From Candidatus Enterousia sp. (GTDB lineage: Bacteria; Pseudomonadota; Alphaproteobacteria; Rs-D84), in assembly GCA_045546155.1 (NCBI GenBank), contig JAZQCG010000003.1, forward strand, positions 4,727 through 68,726: DNA of 64,000 nucleotides, written 5' to 3'. The first letter of the stretch is position 1, and each line of letters begins with the position of its first letter. The notes beneath the pieces were generated by a model. That model saw only the letters and a program-made list of their open reading frames with translations. It had not been told where the DNA came from and ran no database searches. This document shows positions 19,149-29,607 of the stretch, in pieces. Made by a program: the position numbers and the translations under genes.

Positions 19149-19175
19149 AAAGGTGTGAATGTTCACACCTTTTTT
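19147..19175. terminator. Bidirectional terminator
   Basis: AAAAAGGTGTGAA-tg-TTCACACCTTTTT. Confidence 0.75.
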
Positions 19176-19195
19176 GTTTTTTTGTGGTTGTTATA

Positions 19196-19489
19196 TTAGC
19201 GTTGTTTATTATTTTGGTCGGTGCCCTGGACGGCGATGCCTATGCCGATAGCAGTCACGGCCAAGCCGCCGATTGCGAATAACAATGTTTTAGCATCGGC
19301 AGATTTTGATTTTTGGATGTCGTCTGGTACAAAACCGTACATTTCATAGTCTTCGCGTTCGGATGCCGTAATTTGCGACATTTTATGGTCCGTTGTCCCA
19401 TCGCAGCTGTTCAAAGCCATTACCACCAACAATGTTGCCAATGTTTTTGGGGCGACATTCGATAAAGATTTTAACGATTTTTTTCTCAT
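19196..19489 (-). CDS. Hypothetical lipoprotein/membrane protein
   Basis: Lipobox-like MALNSC; C-terminal TM; AAGGA RBS; TTGACA-16-TATACT promoter (19524-19551). Confidence 0.7.
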   Translation of the reverse strand: MRKKSLKSLSNVAPKTLATLLVVMALNSCDGTTDHKMSQITASEREDYEMYGFVPDDIQKSKSADAKTLLFAIGGLAVTAIGIGIAVQGTDQNNKQR

Positions 19490-19629
19490 TTGTTTTATGT
19501 CCTTTGTGTTTTACTTATATATAAGTATAGTACAAAAATAACAATTGTCAATATTATTTGTGATTTTTATCAATTGCGTGTGGAAAAAATCATTGTTATA
19601 GTTAAGACAACAAAAACAAAAGGAAAATA

Positions 19630-20232
19630 ATGTTAAAAAAACAAGATGTTGTTGTGTTTGATTTTGATGGCACGTTGTCTGCGCGTGATTCAAACATAGA
19701 ATTTGCTAAATATTGTTTTCGTCACTCGCTTCGTCCATGGTTGTATTTGCCATTAATGGCGGTATGTGGTGTGATTCGCTGGATAAAGCCTGATGGTATT
19801 TGGTGGCGTGAAAATATTCGTCGTTTTTTAACACGTGATATGGTTAAAAAATTTGCGCCTGATTTTATCAAGCAACATAAACGTGAACGTTTTGGTTGGG
19901 CCAAAGAACGTGTGCAAAGCGAACGCGATGCCGGTCGCAAGGTTGTCTTGGTTTCAGCCAGTACAGATTACCTTGTTCCGCACCTTGTTCGTGATATGAA
20001 ATTTGATGCGGTATTGTCATCGCGTATGGATAAAAAGAAGCCATGGAAATACGAATATTTGTGCTGGGGCCTGAACAAGGTTTATGCCCTGGACGAATGG
20101 GCAAAACAGAACAAGATGATTCCACGTGTTGTGCGGTCTTATTCTGACAGTAAATCGGACATGCCAATGATGGAAATTGCGGATGAACGCGTGTGGATAA
20201 ATCCAAAAACAGGCATGCGAAAAGAAGCCTAG
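19630..20232 (+). CDS. HAD-IB family hydrolase (phosphoserine phosphatase-like)
   Basis: FDFDGTL, LVSAS and YSDSKSDMPM motifs. Confidence 0.9.
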   Translation: MLKKQDVVVFDFDGTLSARDSNIEFAKYCFRHSLRPWLYLPLMAVCGVIRWIKPDGIWWRENIRRFLTRDMVKKFAPDFIKQHKRERFGWAKERVQSERDAGRKVVLVSASTDYLVPHLVRDMKFDAVLSSRMDKKKPWKYEYLCWGLNKVYALDEWAKQNKMIPRVVRSYSDSKSDMPMMEIADERVWINPKTGMRKEA

Positions 20233-20266
20233 TGTGTGTTTTTATAAAAAATGTTAAAGTGTTTCT

Positions 20267-20554
20267 ATGGTTATCCTAGAAACACTTTTTGATGTACTAA
20301 GCGCATCTGTTGGTGCTGTTATTGGTGTTTTTGTTGGTTTTGTTTTAAATCGTAAGACGCGCAAGAAAATGGCATCCCAGGTTGTGATTAGTCGCCAAGC
20401 ATTAGATAAAATTAAACTGGAAAACAGTGAATTATTAAAACGTATCCAAGACAAAGAAAATATAATTCTTAAAATGCAGATGCAAATTTTGGGTAATGGC
20501 GACGATGAAAAAAAAGACGGCGCCCGTAAAAAGAAAAAATCCACCACCAACTAA
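20267..20554 (+). CDS. Hypothetical membrane-anchored coiled-coil protein
   Basis: N-terminal TM followed by a charged helix; terminator at 20553-20583. Confidence 0.65.
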   Translation: MVILETLFDVLSASVGAVIGVFVGFVLNRKTRKKMASQVVISRQALDKIKLENSELLKRIQDKENIILKMQMQILGNGDDEKKDGARKKKKSTTN

Positions 20555-20644
20555 AAAAATCCCAACCTGGGCGGGATTTTTTTATTGTAAAAAACTTATT
20601 TCGGTATAATATATAATCGTTTATTAAATACAGGGGTTAAAATT

Positions 20645-22006
20645 ATGCCAGCAAAAACAGTTAATGATATCGTTGCGCTTTGTAAACGTCGTGGTTTTAT
20701 ATTTACCGGGTCTGAAATCTATGGTGGCTTGGGCGGTGCGTATGATTACGGTCCGTATGGCGTTGAATTGATGAAGAATATTCGCAATGCCTGGTGGAAT
20801 GCGATGATTTATTCCCGCAATGATGTCGAAGGATTGGATGCGGCATTAATTTCAAACCGTTTGTTGTGGAAATATTCTGGACACGAAGCGGGCTTTTCAG
20901 ATCCATTGGTCGAATGTAAAAAATGCGGCACTCGCATGCGCCAAGATAAAATGAAGGATCAAACCAAGTGTGATAATTGTGGTTCAACTGAAATTACTGA
21001 GCCGCGCGCATATCAGTTGATGATGGGGTTGTCTATTGGTGCGACGGCTGATGGGGCGATAAATGCGTACCTGCGTCCTGAAACAGCGACAACAACATAT
21101 ACAAACTTTAAAAATGTTCTGGATGCAAAGCCGCATAAATTACCATTTGGTATTGCCCAGATTGGTAAAGCGTTCCGTAATGAAATTTCACCACGTGGAT
21201 TTGTGTTCCGTATGCGCGAATTTGAACAGGCTGAATTACAATACTTCGTTCGTCCCGACCAAGATGAACAGTATCATAAAATGTGGATGGATACGCGTCT
21301 GGCCTGGTGGGTAAATGAATTGGGGATACCTGCGGAAAAGTTGCGCTTTATGCCACATGAAAAATTGGCCCATTATGCCAAGGCTGCGGTTGATATTGAA
21401 TATGAATTCCCAGACGGTTTTGATGAAGTCGAAGGTATCCATAATCGTCAAGATTTTGACCTGGGGTCGCATACCAAGGCGCAAAATGAATTTGAAATTC
21501 ATGCAAATGTTCTGGAAAACAAAGACAGCACGACCAAATTGTCTTATTCTGATCCCCAGACGGGTGAAAACTTCTTGCCGTATGTAATTGAAACGGCGAT
21601 GGGTGTAAATCGTGCAATGCTGGCGGTTATGTTAGAAGCCTATACCGAAGAAGACCTGGGTGATGGTAAATCGCGTACCGTTTTGAAACTGAAACCAAAA
21701 TTAGCACCGGTCAAGGCTGCAGTTATTCCATTGGCGCGTAATGTCCCAGAATTGTTGGATATTGCGACAAATATTGAAAACGATTTGCGTAAATTGGCAA
21801 TCGGCCGTATTGAATTGGAAAATTCGGGCAATATCGGTAAAAACTATCGTCGTCATGATGAAATTGGTACACCGGTTTGTATTACGGTTGATCATCAAAC
21901 AATGGAAGATAACACCGTTACCCTGCGTCATCGTGACAGCATGGCCCAGGAACGCATTTCAATAACGGACGTGCCGCGTCGTGTTCTGGAAATCGTAAAT
22001 GGTTAA
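20645..22006 (+). CDS. glyQS: Glycine--tRNA ligase, homodimeric (alpha2) type
   Basis: LCKRRGFIF..SEIYGG, YLRPETA, FGIAQIGKAFRNEI, REFEQAE, IGKNYRRHDEIGTP. Confidence 0.95.
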   Translation: MPAKTVNDIVALCKRRGFIFTGSEIYGGLGGAYDYGPYGVELMKNIRNAWWNAMIYSRNDVEGLDAALISNRLLWKYSGHEAGFSDPLVECKKCGTRMRQDKMKDQTKCDNCGSTEITEPRAYQLMMGLSIGATADGAINAYLRPETATTTYTNFKNVLDAKPHKLPFGIAQIGKAFRNEISPRGFVFRMREFEQAELQYFVRPDQDEQYHKMWMDTRLAWWVNELGIPAEKLRFMPHEKLAHYAKAAVDIEYEFPDGFDEVEGIHNRQDFDLGSHTKAQNEFEIHANVLENKDSTTKLSYSDPQTGENFLPYVIETAMGVNRAMLAVMLEAYTEEDLGDGKSRTVLKLKPKLAPVKAAVIPLARNVPELLDIATNIENDLRKLAIGRIELENSGNIGKNYRRHDEIGTPVCITVDHQTMEDNTVTLRHRDSMAQERISITDVPRRVLEIVNG

Positions 22007-22030
22007 AAAAATCCCCAAACGGGGATTTTT

Positions 22031-22117
22031 TTAGTGGTTAGTGACAAGTGATGGCAAGCGGCGAATGCCGCACGTCATAGTGCATTCACTATCCACTAAC
22101 CACTTGCACTAACCACT
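22031..22117. repeat. Heptamer-repeat inverted-repeat element, copy B (inverted relative to A)
   Basis: TTAGTGGTTAGTG...GCGGCGAATGCCGCACGTCATAGTGC...CACTAACCACTTGCACTAACCACT. Confidence 0.75.
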
Positions 22118-22238
22118 GTTGTATAAATTTTTCGACAAAATGCTTGACTTTTGGTGTAAAAAATATAGAATTTGCATAAACTTTTCGACAAAGTGCGAAA
22201 AATAACGATAAAATAACAATAATAAAAAGGAAAGATAG

Positions 22239-22538
22239 ATGGCAGAATACGCAATCTTTCAAACCGGTGGCAAACAATATCGCGTTGCAAATGGCGATGT
22301 TATCAAGGTTGAAAAACTTAATGCCGACGGAAAAATTGAATTCGACCAGGTATTAATGGTCGGTGACAAGGTTGGCACACCTTTCGTAGAAGGGGCCAAG
22401 GTTGTCGCAGAAGTAGTCGAACAGAAACGTGCCGACAAAATTTTGGTGTTCAAGAAAAAACGTCGCCAGAATTATCGTCGTACCGCTGGTCATCGCCAGT
22501 TTGTTACTGTTCTGAAAATAACAGAAATTAAAGCCTAA
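22239..22538 (+). CDS. rplU: 50S ribosomal protein L21
   Basis: [13 protein letters not shown]...[15 protein letters not shown]. Confidence 0.98.
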   Translation: MAEYAIFQTGGKQYRVANGDVIKVEKLNADGKIEFDQVLMVGDKVGTPFVEGAKVVAEVVEQKRADKILVFKKKRRQNYRRTAGHRQFVTVLKITEIKA

Positions 22539-22549
22539 GGAGCGAAATT

Positions 22550-22816
22550 ATGGCACATAAGAAAGCGGGTTCCGCAACGTCAAACGGACGCGACTCAGCC
22601 GGACGCAGATTAGGCGTTAAAAAAGCCGGTGGCAGCCGTGTTATCCCAGGTAACATCATCATTCGCCAGCGTGGTACATCTGTACACCCAGGTTTGAATG
22701 TTGGTATGGGTAAAGACCACACATTATTTGCGAAAATCGCAGGTATTGTAAAATTCAAAAAAGGCAATGGCGACAGAAAGACAGTTTCTGTTGTTCCTGA
22801 AACCGATGCTGAATAA
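22550..22816 (+). CDS. rpmA: 50S ribosomal protein L27
   Basis: [30 protein letters not shown]. Confidence 0.98.
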   Translation: MAHKKAGSATSNGRDSAGRRLGVKKAGGSRVIPGNIIIRQRGTSVHPGLNVGMGKDHTLFAKIAGIVKFKKGNGDRKTVSVVPETDAE

Positions 22817-22821
22817 GTAAT

Positions 22822-22850
22822 AAAAAATCCCGCCAATCGGCGGGATTTTT
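22822..22850. terminator. Bidirectional terminator
   Basis: AAAAATCCCGCC-aatc-GGCGGGATTTTT. Confidence 0.85.
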
Positions 22851-23727
22851 ATTCTTCGCCAAAATCCATTGCGCGCAATTTTTCTGCGCGCGGTGTAATT
22901 TTTCCAATTGATGTTTGTAATTGTTCTATGTCTGTTTGAGCCATGGCGAAATGCTGGTTGACTTTGATTGCGCGGTCGTTTAAGCGCCCCAAATCTGTTA
23001 ACAATAATTCCAGTTCTTTTTTTATTTTTGCCGCCACGCGTTTAATTTTTATATCAGACAGCACCGCGCGAATTGTATTCAATGTTGCCCACAGTGTCGA
23101 TGGCGAAACGATAAAGACTTTTTTGCGCCCTGCGTATTCAATCGTGGCTGGAAATTCGCGATGCAGTGTTTCAAATATAGATTCCGAAGCGATAAACATC
23201 ATGGCTGATTCTGCGGTCTGGCCGGGGATGATGTATTTTGCGCCTATATCATCAATATGCTTGCGAACATCTAATTCAAATTGCTTGCGCGCCATGATGT
23301 CAGTGCTGTCTATCATCATGCGGTTATAACTTTCCAGTGGAAATTTGCTGTCTATTATCATATCCCCCGGCGGATATGGCAGGCGTATTATGCAATCTGG
23401 TCGCACACCTGTTTCCAGAACACTTTGAAATGCGTATGTTTCCGGCGGCATAATATCTGCAACCAAATCTTCCAGTTGTCTTTCACCAAATGTGCCACGT
23501 GCCTGTTTGTTGCCCATTAAAATATTTTTGAAATTTGCAATATCGCCACTGATGTTTTTCAGTTCAATCGCATTTTGTGATAATGCCCCCAGGCGCTCTG
23601 CCAATCGTTCACGTAATCTTGCGTTATCTTCGCGCAGGGCAGATATGTCCACAGTTGGTTTTCGCATCAATATTGCCATCAGTAACACAATAATAACCGC
23701 CAACATAATGAAAATATAAGTTGTCAT
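22849..23727 (-). CDS. rmuC: DNA recombination protein RmuC
   Basis: RGTFGERQLE, RPDCIIRLP, IDSKFPL, KYIIPGQT, VSPSTL. Confidence 0.93.
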   Translation of the reverse strand: MTTYIFIMLAVIIVLLMAILMRKPTVDISALREDNARLRERLAERLGALSQNAIELKNISGDIANFKNILMGNKQARGTFGERQLEDLVADIMPPETYAFQSVLETGVRPDCIIRLPYPPGDMIIDSKFPLESYNRMMIDSTDIMARKQFELDVRKHIDDIGAKYIIPGQTAESAMMFIASESIFETLHREFPATIEYAGRKKVFIVSPSTLWATLNTIRAVLSDIKIKRVAAKIKKELELLLTDLGRLNDRAIKVNQHFAMAQTDIEQLQTSIGKITPRAEKLRAMDFGEE

Positions 23728-23773
23728 TTCCTAATCCTTTGGTATCATACCGGTATTATATAAGGATTTAGAT

Positions 23774-24274
23774 ATGTTGCAAATGAAACTTTGCGGGGAT
23801 TTAGTATTACGTCAAAAATGTGCGCCGGTATCTGAAATTACACCGGAATTGTTGCATACAATGGATGAAATGGTATCAATGATGGATGCGCAAAATGGCG
23901 TAGGTCTGGCCGCGCCCCAGGTTGGAATATTGTCGCGTTTTTTGGTTATGATGGACCCCGATACCAAGACTGTATATCGCATGATAAACCCAGAAATTAC
24001 ATCTGTGTCTGATGACAAATGCACCATGGAAGAAGGTTGTTTGTCTGTCTTGGGGGCGGATAACCTGCCGGTGTTTTCAAATGTGTCACGTCCAGAATCT
24101 GTAACAGTTCAATGGACAAATGAAAATGGCGAACGCGTTGGCGCGCAAATGTCGGGTCTGCCGGCACGCATTGTACAACATGAAACAGATCACTTGGACG
24201 GTGTACTGTTTATCGATCATCTGTCGCCGGTACGCCGCGAAATGGTCATGAGAAAAGTGAGACGTCGCAAATGA
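23774..24274 (+). CDS. def: Peptide deformylase
   Basis: GVGLAAPQVG, EGCLS, QHETDHLDG. Confidence 0.97.
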   Translation: MLQMKLCGDLVLRQKCAPVSEITPELLHTMDEMVSMMDAQNGVGLAAPQVGILSRFLVMMDPDTKTVYRMINPEITSVSDDKCTMEEGCLSVLGADNLPVFSNVSRPESVTVQWTNENGERVGAQMSGLPARIVQHETDHLDGVLFIDHLSPVRREMVMRKVRRRK

Positions 24275-25077
24275 AACTGGTCTTGATGGGAACGAACGCA
24301 TTTGTTGTTCCAATGTTTGAAAGAATAAAAAACGCCGGACATGAAATCTTGGCGGTGTTTACGCGCGCGCCAAAACCGATGGGTCGTAAAAAAATCTTAA
24401 CACCGTCACCGGTGCATAACTGGGCGATTGAAAATAATTTGACGGTGCATACAAATATAAATGAATACAATTACACGCCTGATATGATTGTGGTTGTGTC
24501 GTATGGTGTAATATTGCGCGACAATGTTTTGTCGTCTGCGCCGTGCATAAATATTCACCCGAGTTTTCTGCCGCAATATCGTGGGCCATCACCAATCAGG
24601 ACGGCAATTTATAATGGCGACAAAACATCTGCGGTATGTTTAATGGATGTGACGGCGGAACTGGATGCAGGTGATGTACATATGTGTCGTGAATTTGAAA
24701 TTGGTGAAAACGATACTAATGACACAGTCGAAGAAATCGTATCAAAAATCGGCGCTGATATGTTGGTTGAATATCTGAATAACCCCGGTGCATATCCTGC
24801 CACGCCGCAATCTGGTGCGCCTTCTTTTACACACAAATGGACGGGTGCGGATGAAATAATTGATTGGAACAAATCTGCATACCAAATCCACAATCAAATC
24901 CGTGCGCTGGGGGCTGGGCGTACAAAAATCAGTGGTGTGGATGTAAAAATCTTGGAAACCAGAATCGAAAATAGTGAATTAAAAATCACACGGATTCAGC
25001 CGTCTGGCAAAAATCCAATGGATTGGAAAAGCTTTATAAACGGCCTGCGCGGTGGCGAAATAAAATATGGGGAATAA
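24271..25077 (+). CDS. fmt: Methionyl-tRNA formyltransferase (short form)
   Basis: INIHPSFLPQYRGPSPI, LDAGD; ATGA overlap with def. Confidence 0.93.
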   Translation: MKLVLMGTNAFVVPMFERIKNAGHEILAVFTRAPKPMGRKKILTPSPVHNWAIENNLTVHTNINEYNYTPDMIVVVSYGVILRDNVLSSAPCINIHPSFLPQYRGPSPIRTAIYNGDKTSAVCLMDVTAELDAGDVHMCREFEIGENDTNDTVEEIVSKIGADMLVEYLNNPGAYPATPQSGAPSFTHKWTGADEIIDWNKSAYQIHNQIRALGAGRTKISGVDVKILETRIENSELKITRIQPSGKNPMDWKSFINGLRGGEIKYGE

Positions 25078-25079
25078 AT

Positions 25080-25280
25080 ATGTCAGATAATAAAAATTTA
25101 TGTGCTTTGACCGGTGTCCATGTCTGTGTGTCTGAACACAATAACAATGGCGAATGTCCGTGCTTGAATTGCAAGGGAACACATTGTCATGCGTGTTCGG
25201 ATTTTAAGCAACTGAAATTAGAAATACTGTTATCGCTGGGCGACACGCGTTGTCGTCAGTGCCAGGCACACACACGATAA
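25080..25280 (+). CDS. Small Cys/His-rich hypothetical protein
   Basis: 66 aa with 9 Cys and 5 His; fills the fmt-truA gap after GGGGA. Confidence 0.6.
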   Translation: MSDNKNLCALTGVHVCVSEHNNNGECPCLNCKGTHCHACSDFKQLKLEILLSLGDTRCRQCQAHTR

Positions 25281-25299
25281 AAACGGATAAAACAAAATA

Positions 25300-26043
25300 A
25301 TGACACGATACAAAGTAATCTTGGAATACGATGGCACAGACCTAATTGGCTGGCAAGAAAACCGCCAAGGTCCATCTGTGCAATCATTGGTCAAAGATGC
25401 GATTTATGGATTTTGTGGTGCGCGCCCCGATGTTGTTGGTGCGGGTCGCACGGATGCGGGCGTGCACGCCATTGCAATGACGGCGCATTTTGATTTGCCG
25501 GGGGATACGCCGGCGGAAACGGTTATGCGTGCGCTGAACTTTTACCTGAACGGGAAACCGGTTGTTGTGCGTGCGTGTGAAATTGTGTCGGATGAATTTA
25601 ATGCGCGTTTTGATTGCACGTCGCGCCATTATAAATATGTTGTTTTAAATCGTCCAATGGCGCCGGTATTACAACGCAATCGTGTGTATTGGGTGCCACG
25701 TAAATTAGATGTTGATGCAATGCATCGGGCGGCACAAAAACTGATTGGTAATCACGATTTTACCAGTTTTCGCGCATCCGAGTGCCAGGCAAAATCCCCA
25801 ATCAAAACATTGGATAAAATCGAAATAACGCAAAGTGGTGATGAAATTATTTTTGAATTTTCTGCGCGTTCTTTTTTGCATCATATGGTTCGTAATATTG
25901 TTGGCACATTGATTGAAATTGGCATTGGCAAGCCATACGATATCGATGAAATTCTAGCGGCAAAAAATCGTAGCGTGGCCGGTCCAACCGCGCCGGCATC
26001 GGGGCTGTATTTTATCCGCGCCGATTATGCCAGTGCCGATTAA
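25300..26043 (+). CDS. truA: tRNA pseudouridine(38-40) synthase
   Basis: EYDGT..GWQ, GAGRTDAGVHA, HDFTSFR, SFLHHMVRNIVG, TAPASGL. Confidence 0.97.
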   Translation: MTRYKVILEYDGTDLIGWQENRQGPSVQSLVKDAIYGFCGARPDVVGAGRTDAGVHAIAMTAHFDLPGDTPAETVMRALNFYLNGKPVVVRACEIVSDEFNARFDCTSRHYKYVVLNRPMAPVLQRNRVYWVPRKLDVDAMHRAAQKLIGNHDFTSFRASECQAKSPIKTLDKIEITQSGDEIIFEFSARSFLHHMVRNIVGTLIEIGIGKPYDIDEILAAKNRSVAGPTAPASGLYFIRADYASAD

Positions 26044-27925
26044 GCGGTACAGACTTAATCCGACCATTGTCATAAATTATAAACGCATCGCGCAGGATTT
26101 TGTGGTTGCATTTTGGTGCGTCAATATCCAGATATGAAACGATATAATCGACACTGTCGTCCATGCACCAATTGCTCAAATTTTTAACCAGCGGCATAAA
26201 ACGTTGCGTATACATTATTTTAAAATTATCAGACTTAAATTCACAAACACTACGACTGCATTTGTGTTTATGGCGTGTGGCATCGATTGGACGGCCTGAA
26301 ATTTGTAAAAATGTATCAAACGCAAAATAGTGATTTGATGCGCGTACCTTGTTAAATTCTAATTCGCCATCTGCGCGCCGCATCGCAACCAGTTCGTTAT
26401 CGTATGTCGACATAAATAACGGCATGGGTTGCATGGCAAGTGTTATAAAGCCCGCACAAATAGCCATTGCGCCAATCACATAGTTTTCACGCCACCGCGT
26501 TGCGCGAATAAAAATTATACATGTCAGTCCAATTATAAAACATACCATTACTGTATTTGAAATATGTGGCACTGTAATTGTAGATACTGGTAATTCTGCA
26601 ATCCAGTTTGCAATGCCTAACGTCCAATCATAAATTTCATGTGCAAATTCAGTTGCCCAGTTTATACCACATGCCCCAATCATAACCAGTGGCATAATCG
26701 CAAATGAAAATATTGGCAGTAAAATCAGATTTCCAATCAAACCATAAATTGGTATCGCATAGAAATGTGCGGCTACAAATGGTGCGGTGAATATTGTTGC
26801 GATAATCGATGTCATAATTGCCACATAAATTGTTCGCAATATTTTCTGGGTGCGCCCGCGCTTTACGTATTGGACATCGCCCCAGAACCATATCAACCCA
26901 AATACCGCAGAAAAAGATAATTGGAATCCTGGCTGCATAACATAGTGTGGATTGATTAAGAATATTAAACAAAATGCCAGGCAAATATTACGCATTGAAA
27001 TTGCATTGCGCCCAAATATAAATGCCATAAATACCAGTGTCGTCATCAAAAACGCGCGAATTGTTGCAACGTCCAGTCCTGATATGAACAAATATCCCAT
27101 CAGACCCACCCACGCACAAATAATTGCGGGTATTCGCGCCGGAATTCGCCGTGTGACATATGGAATAGCGCGGAATATTAAAAAGAATATTGCAAATAAC
27201 CATCCGCCCACCAATGTCATGTGAAATCCACTGATTGACCATACGTGACCGATACCGGTGGCGGTCCATATTTTATTGTCATTTTTTGGAACTGAATTTT
27301 TATATCCTAACACCAAACTGTCGACCAGAAAGGAATCAGAACGCTTATGTAAATCATCGCGCAGCGAATTAATACTGAATCCCTTGGCAGGTTTTATAAC
27401 ACTATAATCTGAAATATATCCAGTTGCGCTTAAATTATTAAAGTATGCCCATCGTGCATAATCAAATGTTGCCGGTGCATATGCGCCAGCCGGTCGAAAC
27501 AGTGTTGCGGTTGCACTTATTTTATCGCCAACATTTGGGGTGCTTAAACTTGTGTCCAGTGAAACGCGCACGCGCATATCGTTATCTGTATTTATATAGA
27601 TGCGTGATTTATCGTTTGCAAAGTCAATCTTGTAAACATCACCCACGATATTTGTGTCACGCATGGTTGATTTTATTTGCGGTGTATCAATTGCGTGTGT
27701 ATATGCGCATGCATACATAAATCCAAACATAAATGTTGCAATCGCACGCAGCGCAATTGGTACGCGTTTCCAAATCATAATTGCAAATAATGCGCCTGCA
27801 ATCAGCCACGCATACGGCACAGCCGGTTCATACGATAATGAAAAATAGAGTGCCGCCCCAAACGCCATAACCATGGGTGACCATAAAAACAGATTCTGAT
27901 ACTGATTTTCTATGAATTTCTGCAT
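26012..27925 (-). CDS. comEC: ComEC/Rec2 competence membrane channel
   Basis: GIGHVWSISGFHM, ATIRAFLM, PGFQLSFSAV, FDYARWAYF. Confidence 0.9.
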   Translation of the reverse strand: MQKFIENQYQNLFLWSPMVMAFGAALYFSLSYEPAVPYAWLIAGALFAIMIWKRVPIALRAIATFMFGFMYACAYTHAIDTPQIKSTMRDTNIVGDVYKIDFANDKSRIYINTDNDMRVRVSLDTSLSTPNVGDKISATATLFRPAGAYAPATFDYARWAYFNNLSATGYISDYSVIKPAKGFSINSLRDDLHKRSDSFLVDSLVLGYKNSVPKNDNKIWTATGIGHVWSISGFHMTLVGGWLFAIFFLIFRAIPYVTRRIPARIPAIICAWVGLMGYLFISGLDVATIRAFLMTTLVFMAFIFGRNAISMRNICLAFCLIFLINPHYVMQPGFQLSFSAVFGLIWFWGDVQYVKRGRTQKILRTIYVAIMTSIIATIFTAPFVAAHFYAIPIYGLIGNLILLPIFSFAIMPLVMIGACGINWATEFAHEIYDWTLGIANWIAELPVSTITVPHISNTVMVCFIIGLTCIIFIRATRWRENYVIGAMAICAGFITLAMQPMPLFMSTYDNELVAMRRADGELEFNKVRASNHYFAFDTFLQISGRPIDATRHKHKCSRSVCEFKSDNFKIMYTQRFMPLVKNLSNWCMDDSVDYIVSYLDIDAPKCNHKILRDAFIIYDNGRIKSVPLNRHWHNRRG

Positions 27926-28003
27926 ATGGCCAGTATAGAAATTTATTTGATTGCACCGCAATGGAAAATTTCCTATGATAGAATTCCATAAGGGGGCTTT
28001 CTT

Positions 28004-29578
28004 ATGGCAAAGTATATATTTATTACAGGTGGTGTTGTTTCCAGTTTAGGCAAGGGCGTCGCGGCGGCAAGTTGTGGCGCCCTTCTTCAATCGCGTGGGT
28101 ACACGGTGCATGCGCGCAAATTTGATCCGTATCTGAATATCGATCCGGGTACAATGTCGCCGTTTCAGCATGGCGAAGTGTATGTGACGAACGATGGATA
28201 TGAAACGGACTTGGATTTAGGGTATTATGAACGTTTTTTGGGGGCGCGCTTGTCGCGTACTGATTCGGTATCCGGCGGACGTATTTATTGGGATGTGCTA
28301 AGTGCGGAACGTCGTGGTGATTACCTTGGGGCGACGGTACAAATGATTCCGCATGTTACAAATAAAATCAAAGAATACGTATCTGCGCCGGTCGATACAG
28401 ATTTTGTTGTCTGTGAAATCGGTGGTACGGTCGGCGACATAGAAGGACAAATTTTCTTGGAATCTATCCGCCAATTTGCAAACCAGGTTGGTCGTCGAAA
28501 CGTTATGTTTGTGCATTTAACCCTTGCGCCATATCTGGAAAAGTCGGGCGAATTAAAAACAAAGCCAACCCAGATGTCTGTACGTCGCTTGCTTGAAAAT
28601 GGGATTCAGGCTGATATGTTGATTGTGCGTACGCCACGCATGCTAACATCGGACGAACGTGCCAAGATTGGTATGTTCTGTAATCTGCCGGCCAAAAATG
28701 TAATCAGTGGTATTGACGTTGATAATATTTATAAGATTCCATTGGCATATGAATCACAGCACGTATTTGATATTATCGCAGATCACTTTGGGTTGCCTAA
28801 TGCGATTGGTGATATGTCGCGTTTTGAAAAGATTGAAAAATATTTAAACGCAGATATTCCAACGGTAAACATTGGCATTGTTGGAAAATACTTTGATGTT
28901 CCCGATGCCTATAAATCATTGAACGAAGCCTTGTTCCACGCTGGCATCCAAAATAATGTCCACGTAAAATTGAAAAAGATTAACGCTGAAACGTTTACCC
29001 CCGACGATTGTGCCGATGTAGATGGTATTTTAGTGCCAGGTGGGTTTGGCGCGCGTGGTGTCGCAGGCAAAATTGCAGCGGCCGGATTCGCGCGTGAAAA
29101 TCGCGTGCCATATATGGGAATCTGCCTTGGGATGCAGGTGGCGGTTATTGAATTTGCACGAAATGTATTGGGAATATCGGATGCAGATTCAACCGAATTT
29201 AACAAATCTGCAACCCCGGTTATAAATATCATGGCGGACCACGATGCCGCCGATATGGGTGGAACGTTACGATTGGGTGCGTATCCATGTGTGATTGCGC
29301 CGGATTCACGTGCGTATGAAATATATGGTGCTGAAAATATCAGTGAACGTCACCGTCATCGATATGAAATGGATATTGCCTGGCGTGAAAAATTCGAAGC
29401 GGCTGGCATGAAAATATCCGGGCTCAGTCCTGATGGCAAATTACCCGAGATTGTTGAGATTCCATCGCATCCGTTCTTTGTAGCGGGACAATTTCATCCG
29501 GAATTTCAATCCAGTCCCTATACCGGTCATCCAATGTTCAATGCATTTGTTGCGGCGGCGGCAAAAAATCATAAATAA
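28004..29578 (+). CDS. pyrG: CTP synthase
   Basis: FITGGVVSSLGKG, DPYLNIDPGTMSP, PGGFG, GICLGMQ, ERHRHRYE, QFHPE. Confidence 0.98.
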   Translation: MAKYIFITGGVVSSLGKGVAAASCGALLQSRGYTVHARKFDPYLNIDPGTMSPFQHGEVYVTNDGYETDLDLGYYERFLGARLSRTDSVSGGRIYWDVLSAERRGDYLGATVQMIPHVTNKIKEYVSAPVDTDFVVCEIGGTVGDIEGQIFLESIRQFANQVGRRNVMFVHLTLAPYLEKSGELKTKPTQMSVRRLLENGIQADMLIVRTPRMLTSDERAKIGMFCNLPAKNVISGIDVDNIYKIPLAYESQHVFDIIADHFGLPNAIGDMSRFEKIEKYLNADIPTVNIGIVGKYFDVPDAYKSLNEALFHAGIQNNVHVKLKKINAETFTPDDCADVDGILVPGGFGARGVAGKIAAAGFARENRVPYMGICLGMQVAVIEFARNVLGISDADSTEFNKSATPVINIMADHDAADMGGTLRLGAYPCVIAPDSRAYEIYGAENISERHRHRYEMDIAWREKFEAAGMKISGLSPDGKLPEIVEIPSHPFFVAGQFHPEFQSSPYTGHPMFNAFVAAAAKNHK

Positions 29579-29607
29579 AAAAAATCCCCCGATTGGGGGA
29601 TTTTTTT
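29577..29607. terminator. Bidirectional terminator
   Basis: AAAAAAATCCCCC-gatt-GGGGGATTTTTTT. Confidence 0.85.
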
